Position numbers and translations under genes: made by a program | Assembly: GCF_036321535.1 (NCBI RefSeq) | Contig: NC_087437.1 | Location: 28,646,001-28,710,000 of the forward strand | From: Camelus dromedarius | Lineage: Eukaryota | Direction: 5' to 3' | DNA length: 64,000 nucleotides | Shown here: one piece after another, positions 49,790 to 61,494 of the stretch | How positions within the stretch are numbered: position 1 is the first letter of the stretch | How the letters are laid out: every line of letters starts with the position of its first letter | Notes under the pieces: model-generated | The model's database searches: none | Told to the model about the DNA's origin: nothing | Seen by the model: the letters and a program-made list of their open reading frames with translations, nothing else

Positions 49790-50460
49790 TATTCATTCAT
49801 TTGGCAAATAAATTTGAGTACTTACCATGGGCCTGTCCCTGTCCTAGGCACTGCAGATAAAGAAGTAGACTTGAGAGACAAAGGTCTTTGACTTTGTGGG
49901 CATTAAACCAATAAACACAATTGTTTCAAATAAAAGACAACCAGAAGGGGAAGTAGGGGGTGGGGAGTGAGCAGTATTAGGATGGTCAGGAAAGGCCACT
50001 CTCCTGACTAAATTTGAGCAGAGTACAGAGTGACATGGAAGCAGCCGAGTGGATAGATAGTGGGAGAGAGTTCCTGGCAGAGGGCACAGCGAGGCTCTGA
50101 GAAGAAATCTAGCTTAAGATAGCCAAGAGCAAAGAAAAAAAAAAAAGCAAGACAGAAGAGAGCATGCCAGAAGCAAACTGAGCTATGAGATTAGTGCTAC
50201 CACATGAGGTTAGGGGGAAAGCAATGTCCCTGCGAGTAGGGTAACCATGTGTCTTGGTTTGCAGGAATGGCCTCAGTTTGTGACTGCTGTCCTGTTGTGA
50301 TGACCAAGGGGACCCCTTTCATCTCACAACTGTCCCAGAGTGGAGTCCGAGTGATGGTCATTCTACGTAGACTTTAGATTCTATTTCAAGTGCAGTGGGA
50401 AACCACAGGGTGACTTTAAACCAGAGAAAGGCAAGATTGACCTTTGGAAAGAGCACTGTG
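49790..50460 (-). mobile_element. L2 3' region, interrupted by MER94
   Basis: 'attcattcatttggcaaataaatttgagtacttacc...cctaggcactgcagata', 'tggtcaggaaaggcc', 'gactttagattctatttcaagtgcagtgggaaaccac'. Confidence 0.75.
50237..50365. mobile_element. MER94-like hAT-Blackjack MITE
   Basis: Termini tagggtaaccat / atggtcattcta, internal 'cccctttcatctcacaactgtccc', length about 130 bp. Confidence 0.8.
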
Positions 50461-52169
50461 TTTATGCACACCATCAAAAGGCTTTTTCCCTGTTTATAAT
50501 ACTAACACAGATAAAAGATACCCTTAATTTACTGGGCCAACGATTTCCGTGGTCCCCCCCCCCAATTTTTTTCATATGACCATGTAACCCCACAGGTCCC
50601 CAAATAAACATTGACTAGATGCAAATATACATCTATCTACTATATTCTACCTCAAAGACAATGGAAAAAAATGAAGAAATATGTAAAATTTTGTAAACTT
50701 TTGTCTACTGTTTCTCTTTATCTCCCTGTATCTGTAGAATTGGATGACTAGCCCATTCATCTTCAGGAAACATATCAAGTGTACTTTTTAAGTGATACAG
50801 TAACACAGCACTGGAAGTGTCAGATTAAGAGGAAGGCATTCTATGCTTTAGATGTTTGACTGGAATTATTTGTCCAAATCTGTTAGGTCTCAGTTTTATC
50901 AACTTCAAAATGGGAATGAAGAGTATCATTTCAGTTCTGCCCCTTTCAGGATGGGACTGTCAATAAAGACTTGACGATCAGAGCCAAAATTAGTGGGGGA
51001 GGGGGAAGTAAAAGTAAGGGGTGGGAGGGAAGGAGGAAATGCTGCCATTTCTAGGCACAGACTCTGAGGCTGCACCACTGATCCTGATCCTGCGGGACCT
51101 AACAGGAGGGCTTGCCCCGCTAGCCTGATGAACGTGTCTCTGCATCCCCCAAGACAGCATCTGATTGGCACACCCCTGTGTCCTGCTTTCAACAGACTCC
51201 GAGGAAGCAGTTTTTCAGGTTCTTTTCTGAAAGGAGGTCACTGTCTCCCACCCACACTCATCAGGAGGATTCACTACACACATGAAAGAGATTCCATGCT
51301 GGAACATAAGGAAAGAAAATGACATATCCATTATAAGAAAAATAGATTCTATGTAGTGATACACCAGCTTTGTGGCAAAGATGTGTTACTATAAAAATAT
51401 TAAGATAATCACCGAGAGTTAGGTGGATAAAGTAACATGCTTCTCGGTTCTGGTATTTTCAAGGGATCCTTTAGTCTGGTGTCAGGGAGAGAGGACAGAG
51501 GTCTCTCCTCTGCAAGTCCTTTCCTCTGAGGAGGTCAAGAAGAGCTCTTTAGCCAAAGAGAGGCTTACACAAAAGTTAAGGCTGGAGTCTCGACTTAATT
51601 GGGTGAAAGCACCATGGCTCTCGAATGCTGCTGAGTGTCTGCTTTAAGTTTCTTGCCCTCAGAGAGAAACAGGAAGCATGCTTCCTTATCAGCCAAAGCA
51701 GAATGAGTCCTTTTAGCATAACCCCACCCCAGAGGGGAGCATGAACTCTGCTCTGCCCAAATGTGCGTGGGGAGCTCATCCGCTCTCTCATTAAATCCCT
51801 CACAGCAACACAGCTGGGAGACCCAGCTCGCACTTCCTTGACAGCCTCCAGTCTGCAGCTCACTTCTGCCAAGCCAAAAGGTGACTTGCAGAGGGAAGAA
51901 GAACCGTGACAACCACGACGTGTAGAAAGGAGCAGAACCAGAGTGACTCTCTGACATTCTGGCCTGGCGATTTCATCACTGTCCTCCTGCTGCTGAGAAA
52001 CTTTTCTCTGTACCTAAAACTCAATTTCTGTTAAGGTCGTTTATAATCATGGAAACCACACAGATCCCTGAGGTCAGGGAGCCACAGCGAGACCACATCC
52101 TTTGTTTTCCTTTCTCAGCTCCAAGTATCTTAAGCTGCTTATTGTGCCTGGTTCCAAGATGCACAAATC

Positions 52170-52660
52170 ATCCCGAGCGCTCGGGCTGTGTAAGAATGTT
52201 TCAGCTGGCATGATGCCTGCCCCGGCAGTACAAATGGCTTAACTATCTTCCAACTAACCAAATGATAGGCCCACGTGGTCCCCATGAAACCACGTCTACC
52301 TGGCAGACGAAGACTTGCAGATGGGTTGTGTGTGAGAATCACCTGAAGACTGAGTTCTGCGAGAGGTGGTCCTCTCGCTTAGCCACCCGCGAGCAGCGCC
52401 ACACAAGGGAGAGGCCGGCATCTGTGTATCCGGGAAGCGCTGCCTTGCTGCACCTGCCCTCTCTTCCTCCCCAGCGCTGGACTGGGCAGCCCCACTGGAG
52501 GGGCCTTGTCCCGCCTCCAGCACAGATGGTTCTCACTCAGACACAAATGTGGGCCTCTCCCTCCGCTCAGAGCTAAGTGCGGCCGCCTGACAACCCTTAC
52601 GGAATCTCGGGATGTGCACGTAAACAGCAGCCGTGAGTCAGGCCTATCTGTCCGTTCCTT
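52170..52660. promoter_or_regulatory. CpG-rich patch, candidate enhancer or weak CpG island
   Basis: About 25 CpGs in about 490 bp by eye, against a CpG-poor background. Contains CACGTG (52272-52277), GCGGCCGC (52579-52586), GTAAACA (52620-52626) and TGAGTCA (52634-52640). Confidence 0.5.
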
Positions 52661-53277
52661 TCTAGAAAGGAATCATATGTGTAAAGAGTACCTTTAAGAC
52701 GTTATCAAGAGTCCAATATTTGCAGAACTGGTGTCACCTGCCAGCAGCTTAATAAAGGGGTAACACAGTGTGGTTTATTATTTCTGTGTTAGCTTTAGTT
52801 TGTTTTCTTCAAGATCAGCTAAGACAGTTAAGAATTCCCTTGGGAACTTGGAGATGAATCCTGAAAGGAAATGGGAAACAGGTTATTGATAGAGAGAGTT
52901 CAGATTTGAATTGTCCGGATTGAAAAGGTTGAACCTTTAGGATCGGTTTTTAACTGAAAACTCATATGTGAAGCACTGAGCTAAATTTAAGAATAGATGA
53001 AAACTTTGAACTTTTTTCTTTCTGGTTTTTGATTAAGTTTGTTTCTTGATTTGTAGTTTCAAAAAATTTCTACATGTCCAGAACTGTCTACCTTGACAAG
53101 TCCGGAGAAGACTTTTATGGGCTCAAAGTGATAGAAATTAACGTCAGAGAAGTTGAGCACTGTTAGTTTACCCTCGGAGATTGCTGTATGGTTTCAGATA
53201 AACCAGTGACATTAGAATTACTACTATTTTATTCTGAGCAATTGTGGGATATGACATATAGGAGCAAAAGAAGAAGT

Positions 53278-53346
53278 GGGAGAGAGAGAGGGAAAGAGAG
53301 GAGAGAAAGAGAGAGAAAGAGAGAGAGAGAGAATGAGAGAGAGGAG
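53278..53346 (+). repeat. (GA)n purine-rich tract
   Basis: Nearly pure purine run of ga/gaaa units. Confidence 0.9.
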
Positions 53347-55569
53347 TTTCCAGATGTTCCAAAATTGCAATTTGTGAGATATGGTATTTTAGAGATGTTC
53401 TCATCCTTGGGAGGCCAAGTGAGACCAAAGAAGAGTGTCCAAAAGGAAGGAAGAATTCAATGTCCACCTTGAACCAAGCCAAGACTTAAGGAAGAAACAT
53501 CTTCTATTTAATCTGTTTCATTTCTCTTTGCTCCAACACAGCTGAGGCAGTAAGGTGAGGTCTAGAGAAACTTATTTCTTAGAAGAAACAATAAGAATCC
53601 AGAAGGGCTTGGAGCAGCTTCCTCTGGAGTCTAGGCCTCCTGTTCAAGGGACACTTGAGTTTTCCCAAGGTATCTAACCCATCCCTTGAAGGTAGGAGAC
53701 CAGGAATAGATTTATGTCTGAAGCTCAGACTAGTAAAATTGTGTATGTTTTGTCTGGAGTATTTTACATTGGAAACAAAGACCACAAAGGTGCCTGTGGG
53801 AAGTCAGTGGCTTGGGTTCTTGGCCTCTGCCAGGTCTGAATGGGCAACTAACCCATCTGACAATGTACACAGTCCTGTTCCTTAAGTGTACCTCCTCTGT
53901 CTTCCAGGAGCTCACAGAACAATTACTGCCAGCGTAGACAGAATTCTTGATGCAGTGGAGAAACACTAAGGAACTTCCTCACCTAGTATCTGTAGATGCG
54001 AACACAAATCCCGGATGGAAGCACACAGCCAAAGCAGGGCACGTCCTCCCCAAGCACAGGGCACAGATGTTGAATGCTGAACTAAAGCTGCAGGCAAGAA
54101 GTCAGGGAATCACAGACACTGGGGAGTGGCGGCCCCACCCCTTCTATTCTGCAGGAGATAAAAACAGCTAAAGGATCTGCTTTGTATCATACATGAAAGC
54201 AGATTCTTCTCCATTGGGATGCACATTGCTCACTGATTTCTGTTCTAAGTGCTTGTGAATTCCAAGACAATTTGGAATCCCTTTAATCTCAGATGCATGG
54301 TATAGACCAGAGGTTTCACAAAGAAGGGCCTGTGTGTTTTCCTTGACTCACCCAATTTTAAAGAGGTTAAGCTAACATTTTTAAATTGGGAGATTTAACC
54401 TAAAAATCTGGGTTTACTATCTTCCCTTGAAAAACTGGAAGATAGGGGAATAGTGGGGTTCCATATTCCCATATAATAACAATGACTGGGGCTGAGAAGC
54501 AGCTGTCCCATGAGGCAGACATGTGCTTTCTAGGACAGCATGAATTTGATCACTCCCTTTGTCTCCAACACCGAGGCTGGGTAACAGCTGCCAATCATCA
54601 CACCAGCCCAGTCCTGCTGGGTTTTTTCCCCCCTTTTTAAGCATTGGAAATGTTTCTAAGCTACTCACGTCACTGCCAATCACGGAGTAACAAATGTCAC
54701 ACCATGCCGACACCACCGCATGTTTCAAGAAAAATGGAGAGGGTATTTCTTCAGGAAAATACAAAATAATTGTACATGTTTCATAGGCAAATCATCCCCT
54801 TACTCACTCATATTTCTATCTGATCCCTGTAGGCATTTGAGCCTTTTTAAATCCCGAGGTAGGGTTTGTCACAGGTTGTGTTTTATCCTTAAACGCCCAC
54901 AGCTCCCTGGAATCACTACAATCAGATAAGTTGTCAGGGTGGTGTTGAATATCTCCGTAGGCAGGGGAAAGCCATACCCAGTACTTGGGGAACCTGAATG
55001 GGTTTTGAGTTTCTTCTTGCTATTCTTAGTCCCCTGTACCCTAAACTACAGAAATGTACATTATTTTATAATGGACTTGGGGTTTCTGAGTCCAGTCCAA
55101 AAAATACAGTTTCCAAACAGTGAAATTCTTGACTTAGCCTTAGGAAGTAAACTTACATTGCCCTAACTCAGTAACTGTGTACGTGTGCACTCAGCGTAAG
55201 TACCAGGCGCTAGATTTAAGGAATAAGAGAATGAAATGAAGATACAGAATTTTCCATTTCCACATTAACAAAGGTTTGGGGTTCGATTTTTGGTGGGGGC
55301 CAATTTCATCAAAACTACTTCCTTTCTCTGCAACTTCTCAGAAAACTTCCCAAAGGTATGGGATAATACACAATTTCAATTACTAAATTTCTTTTCTACA
55401 AGAGTTCTTTCCTGGCCCCATGCCATTAAAAAAAATGTTTGAAACATTTTTTGGGCCACGTTGAAATGACTACAGTAGATTGGTTATAACTTTACAGCCT
55501 GAAGTATAAGTAATTCCCATGTAATCGTTGCCATTAAAATGTAACAGAAAGGAGATTTAAAGCACAGTT

Positions 55570-55661
55570 GGCCCCGCCCACCAGGCCATTGGATTGGGAG
55601 AGGTCAAAGGGAACTTCTAGAAGCAGAAGTATAAAAAGCAGAAAGGAGGAACATCCACTTT
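55570..55661 (+). promoter_or_regulatory. Candidate TATA-type Pol II core promoter
   Basis: GGCCCCGCCC (55570-55579), ATTGG twice (55588-55597), TATAAAAAG (55630-55638) and Inr-like CCACTTT (A at 55657), followed directly by a CpG-rich stretch. Confidence 0.5.
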
Positions 55662-57694
55662 CTTATTTAAAATCCTGATAAGTAAACACACGAGTCACGA
55701 ACAAACAATGCATTTATATTCTAGAGAGAAAATCTCTGCCTTGCGCGCGTTATGTATCCATCGTGAGCCGGGATGCCTGTGGGTGCGAGGCTGGGTCTGT
55801 GCAGTGCTTACGGGCACACTTTATTAGCGTGATCTCCAACAACGCGATCTGTATTATGGCTGTTCACCTCAGAAACACACGTACGAGCACGGAATTGTGT
55901 TTCTGCAGTGAGCTGTTCATATGACGTATGATTTGTCTCACGGCCCTCACCCAGAGCAGGAGTGGGATCGCTTTCCTTGTTCCCCTGTGATGAGCGCAGG
56001 GGGGCTCCTCCCTCCAACCGCCAAGCTTCCTCATCTAGGATCTCATTTTCTTTCCGTTTTTCTTGTTTTGGCAAACACTTTTGAAGCCTCACGCAGTTAA
56101 GGCCTTGAATGGTAACACTCGAAAGAGGCTACGGAAGTACGAAAAGAGAGAATTAAACATCATGTTAAAATGCAAGTTTATACAAAAGCCAGCACCTTCG
56201 GGGATTTGGTTAGGAATTTGGAGGCAGGGCAGCCAAGCGAGGCTGTGCAGTCTGTGTAGAGTGCTGGACCAATGAGACGGGTTGGGACCCAGTAACAGCC
56301 CTGCTCTCGTCCCCGGGGAGGGGTACTTCCACCAGGGAGAAGAGAAGCCTCCTCCTTTGCACGGAGGTGCTGGGGTTGCTCAAGTATTTCTTAGGGGGGC
56401 TCCAAATGCCCAAAGGGGTCACTTTTTCTTAGTTATCTCCCTAGAGGGAGCTCCTCTTTCTAATCTGAACAAACATGCTGTGCTCTATAGGCTAGAGGTG
56501 GTCCTTATGGTGAAAGCCCTTTAATATCCTCTAAGACACTATTGACAGCACATCACCTTGGAGAATGAGGCCAACATGGACGTGAAAGAGCTTAGCTGGA
56601 AGAAAAAGGAGTTCTGAAAAAGGGTATTGCTGTGGGAAATGTTTAGAAAAACTAGTGACTTGAAAACATAGAATGTTTGGACTATGTCTCCATAGGGATT
56701 GTGCACTGACGATCACACGCAGCCCTGAGTCAGGGAAGGATTGCATTCTGTGCGTTCTAACCACTCCCACCTCCCCTCCATGCTCCTGGCCTCCCCAGTC
56801 CATCAACACTTCTCTGCTACAGGGTCTATCTGTTATTGGCTGAGTTCCTGGAGAAGTTCGCTCTGCATTACATTCCGAGGGTAAAAGGATTGCAGGTTGG
56901 ATCCTGTGAATTAAGCAGTTGCTAATACTAATAGGTAATTAAAAAATGTAAAGACTGCCTTTTGTGATGAAGTCACTGCACAAAACATTTTCTGGTAAGT
57001 GGAAAAAGAAAATGAGAAAATGCTCCCCAGTCCCCACCACCAATCACATTTCTGGTTCCTGACAGTGTCAGTAAATGTCCTGGAGTTCACATCTGCCTCA
57101 GAAAGTGCATGCACGTGTGTGTATTTGAGTGTCTTACCGAGTGTGTGATTCCAGCTTTCACATCAACACTCTCAGTGGCTGAAGATACTCGTGCACACCA
57201 ACTTTATCAGTGCTGTGCTCTAGAAGCTAGAAAGGATTACAGAGGGTCAGGACTGAAAGCAGGCCCAGGTTGCCTGGGGACACTTGCCCTGCTCTGGTCG
57301 TCCGTGCCAATACTAGTGAGAGCTGTTTGTCCTTCCTGTGTGCTTCCTTGAGTACAACAATTCAGCCAAAATTCAAGGGAAGTTTTCTGAATGGTACAAG
57401 TGCTTCTTTGAGAGCTGTTGTAATAGCTAAAGCGATCCAAGTCCTAAAATGGGTTTGGAGTAGAAAAGAGCTTTTCTGGAACAGTGTGTTCAGAAATGTG
57501 TTTTTAATTATAAGACTGACCACCTGCATCTTCTACACTGTTCGAGGGAGGCTGAGTAGGAAGTGGTGGGTTGGGGGGGAAGATGACCAGGGGAAGGACG
57601 ACAAAGGATGCACAGACTTCAGAGTATCAGCATACTCTATAGTCTGAAGAAATTCAGATACAGACTGAAAGATGGATAGGAGTATGCAAGTATG

Positions 57695-57727
57695 TTGTGT
57701 GTGTGCGTGCGTGTGTGTGTGTGTGTG
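57695..57727 (+). repeat. (TG)n microsatellite with CG interruptions
   Basis: tgtgtgtgtgcgtgcgtgtgtgtgtgtgtgtg. Confidence 0.9.
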
Positions 57728-57769
57728 GTGGGAAGTGTCCATACCGGTGGGAATTTTAAGGTATAGAGT

Positions 57770-58060
57770 TAAAAGGACAGCTGACTGTAAAGATTATTTT
57801 GATGCCAAGGGGGGAAATTTGAATATGAATTTTTATATTAGCTATTATTAGAGAGTTGTGACATTTGTTGAGTGTGATAGTATTATTTTACACATGCAGG
57901 AATAGTTTCTTTTTTAAAGAAGAGTGCTAGTTTTTTTTTTTAATTTAGGGGTTTTTAGCGGTAGAATTTTATAGTTGTAATATAATTGAAAACACTTGAA
58001 CATAAACATGGTAATCAAAACAAGTTAGGAGAGAAAAAGGATTTAATAAAATAAATATCA
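57770..58060 (+). mobile_element. L1ME-type 3' end remnant
   Basis: 'ctgtaaagattattttgatgccaagggggaaatttgaatatga...gtgtgatagtattatt'. Confidence 0.55.
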
Positions 58061-58741
58061 ATCATTAAACTATAGGTAACTATAACATAATTAAATTTTA
58101 TAACAATATTTGGATATATAAGCCAGATTAAGCATTTTAGTAAAATATATTTTGAACAGAAGCATTTGCAGTAAGAAACAGCCAAGTGAAAAGGGAGTTG
58201 GCAGAGTACATGATCTTTAAGTCCAGGGGTTGATGTCTATGTTTCTCTGTAACTTCCTGCACAGGGCAGGCCTGAAAATGGAAAATGTCTATGATTGAAT
58301 GGATAAAGCCATAGAAGGCTCGCTCCAACTCTGGACCCTGTTACCCTGCAACCACATCTATAGGATCTTTCATACATCCTTTCCCATCTTTCCCTAAGTT
58401 TCAAAGCTGCTCCCCTCTGCCAGCAAAATGAGCCGCTGAGCCCCAAGACAGCATCTTTCCCCTGGGGTTGGTCACCAGAAATGTAGGTCAGGATTCTATG
58501 TGTAGAAATACAGACAGTAAAGGCTCTTCTCTGTTTGTGCTTCTTATGCACCTCTGCAAAGCACATATCATGCATTAATGATATGGCTTATTTATAATAA
58601 TTGCACTAAGTCTCTTATTTTAGTTAAATCCAGGATGTGATTTTTTTTACTTGAAGAAAAAGAAACAGGAAGATGGCATTTAGCTGACTAAAGCCTCTGT
58701 CCTTTGGCCATACTACAAAGGGTTTAATCTCTCTTTGTAGT

Positions 58742-58875
58742 CTTTCATTCATTCATTCATTCCACAAATATCTCCTGACCACCTAGTCGTGTACAAGTCC
58801 AATACTAGATTCTGGATAAAAAAAGAAAAGTAGCAACAGACATGGTCATTGCTTTCATGGAACTTAATCTCTGGC
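58742..58875 (-). mobile_element. L2 3' tail
   Basis: (TTCA)n followed by 'caaatatctcctgaccacct...acagacatggtcattgctttcatggaactta'. Confidence 0.7.
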
Positions 58876-61494
58876 AAAGGATTCTGCTGCCCAAATGCAA
58901 GATATAATTTGTAATGCTTATTACTGACCCCTCACGCCACCCCCATATTTTTGGTTAGCTTGAATCTTGTATTTTGTAAAGATTGGAGATGTTTCTGTTG
59001 ATGGGAATTAATTTTCCCTCCCCCAGTTTCTGGCAGGCGGTCAGCGTGGAGGAGCCAGAGTATCACAAGGTGGGCTGCTGCCGTTGTGTTTGTGGGGTTT
59101 CTGGGAACAGCCGGAAGTGGGGATTCTGGGAACAGCCCAAGGAAGCTGGTCTGTTGTCAGCCTTCCAAATCTGGCTTTCCAGGAGACAGAGATTTAGCTG
59201 GAAGTTGCGGTGATGCTGGGACTAAGTCTTCTCTCCAAGATGAGCCTCAGGCTTTAGAGTCCCGCATTAAAAATATATCAGTACAGAGAGGATTAATGAC
59301 AAAATCATCCTTTTTTTGCCATTATTATTTAATTTTCAGACACTATGAACTTCCCTGAATTGCAACTCCTATCTTTACCCTTACAGGCAAAAGCATGCTG
59401 CGTTGAAAAATCAGGACTTTAAAGACACAAAGCATCCTTCTTCTCAATACTCCTGTCTCGTGTGTATTATCATCCTCTGTGGTCACTGATTGTAAAGTTC
59501 AGCTCTGTGTGACTCCACCAGGCAGGCCTGGGTGGTTGAATTCTCAAGAACTTCCATCACCATTATTGCTATAATAAGCTTGATGCAATCAGGGGCCCAT
59601 TTCATTATCAGCCCAGGAGGTACACGGATGCTGAGGGACTGTACACAGGCTAAGGCCTCATACCTGTTCCTGAAGATGTGCACTTCCATCACATGGTCTG
59701 CATTTACATGACTGTATATTATATATGCACATCCATACAATGGAATGGAGCACAGCAATACAAATGATGTTCTATAAATACGTATATTGTTCCTGGACAC
59801 AGGGATCAGTATTACATTTAATTTTCCTTATGCACTTGTATCAATGTAGTATTTGTTTTGGATCTTCTAAGAAATTGTTAGGAAATTCTACAAGAGTTTT
59901 TCATAATACTAAGGTCACAGATGGCTTTGGAAATTTAGTCCATCTAGTGAGAGGGAGGGCGATGTTCCTTTACTAACCATGCGGTAAAGTTACCTTATTG
60001 AGAAATTTTAATCAAGAGTGCCAAAATGCAAGAGCTCTATTTTCTGCCTTGAGTTTAGTTTTACAGAATAAAATTTGTCATATGCTGCTACTGTTTATTT
60101 AGCCCTAATTCTACTTAAGTTTATATTAAATATTGACAAGAGAAATTTCATCAATTAGCTTTAGATGGGCAAGGAGAAAAATTATTATTCAAGTTACATT
60201 TTATGCATCATTATTCATATATCATCTTAATTCTTTCCTTTTTTAAGCCTTGATTTTTAGGCCCTGTCAACATTTTTAAAGATAGTTCACTTGAGAGAAT
60301 ATCACAGGATTGACATCCTCAAATTTTTTTTTCACTTTTCATTTTTATTCACTTTTTTTAAAGTGAGAGGGAGCTAAAAATGGAGGCTGAGAGAAGGGAA
60401 GAGGGAGATGTGGGAGGTGCCGCAAAGAGGAAAGGTGGGAGAAACAAGATGCCTTACAGCAAAGTAAGGGGAACACACAGTCCTTTTCTTACGGGGGTTT
60501 GACTGGGGTCCCTTCCGACTCTAGATTATTTTTATTCATGTTTTCACTAAAATAATAGTTTGGAAAGGAGACGAATTCCCATCTGAAACTGAGACTTTTC
60601 TTTCTTGAATCAACTAGGCAGCTGAGACTTAGCTATTACACTCAGAGTGCTCACCCAGATAAGCACGCGGTCTCTTAAATACTGTACTGAGGACTTGATG
60701 TCTCTCTATAATAGCTTTACACTTATACATATGACTCAGATGACCAGAAATTTAATGTTCCTTTGCTTCCCCCAAAGTAAACCTGACTTGCTCACAGTCC
60801 TTATTTCTGCTTTGTATTAACAATGAGTGTTCACACTCAGGGGTAACTCAGTCTCTGTTTACAAGAATCTCTTCCAGGTCAATTCAACATTTCACCTTGG
60901 TAGTTGAAGTTCAAGCTGCCAGGCAGAGCTGTTTCCCTCCCAAGGTGTCACCCTTCCTTCTCCCCAGGTGGTACCTGGGTGAGGAGGGAAGCTTCCCAGG
61001 AGCAGGGCCGAGGGAAGGGATGTCTCTGCCCCTTATTCTTCTGTCCTCTCTGGCCTCCGCCAAAGTATCACATTCTGCTATAGCTCTAAGTCCCGGCCTC
61101 TGCTCCCAACACATCTGCTGCTGAGCTGTGCCACTCCCTCCTTCCCCCAGACCCAGCAGAGAGGAGAGGTGCAGCAACATGAGTAACTCGGGGAAAGGAA
61201 AAAAAGGGCGTAAAATGTCCTACTTGTATCTTACCACACTCATTTGTTTGGGTTAGCTTTTCCTCTCCACAAAAGAAGTGTTTTACAGAGAATAGATGGC
61301 TGCTATGTTGAGGGGATGACAGAAACACGACCTTACTATTACCTCCTTTAAATAGCTCCCAACCCACAAGTGCTAGTATTTCCTTCTATGAGTAAATGCA
61401 AAAGTCCATTTTAATTCCTCACCAAAAATTTCTGTAAAGCATTTAAAAATTGTTTGTAATTATACTCATTATTACCAAAATGCATTAAGAATCC

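Noticed and set aside
53908..53969. Possible terminal coding exon (…AHRTITASVDRILDAVEKH*) after a good acceptor
   Set aside because: The peptide is not recognised and no upstream coding exon supports it.
54669..54748. Minus-strand exon encoding 'AWCDICYSVIG' (C1/zinc-finger-like)
   Set aside because: There is a good donor, but the acceptor is weak, the length is 80 nt, other metal-ligand spacing is absent and no partner exons are visible.
55611..55623. Heat-shock element (gaacttctagaag) in the candidate promoter
   Set aside because: Only two correctly phased nGAAn units; a canonical HSE needs three.
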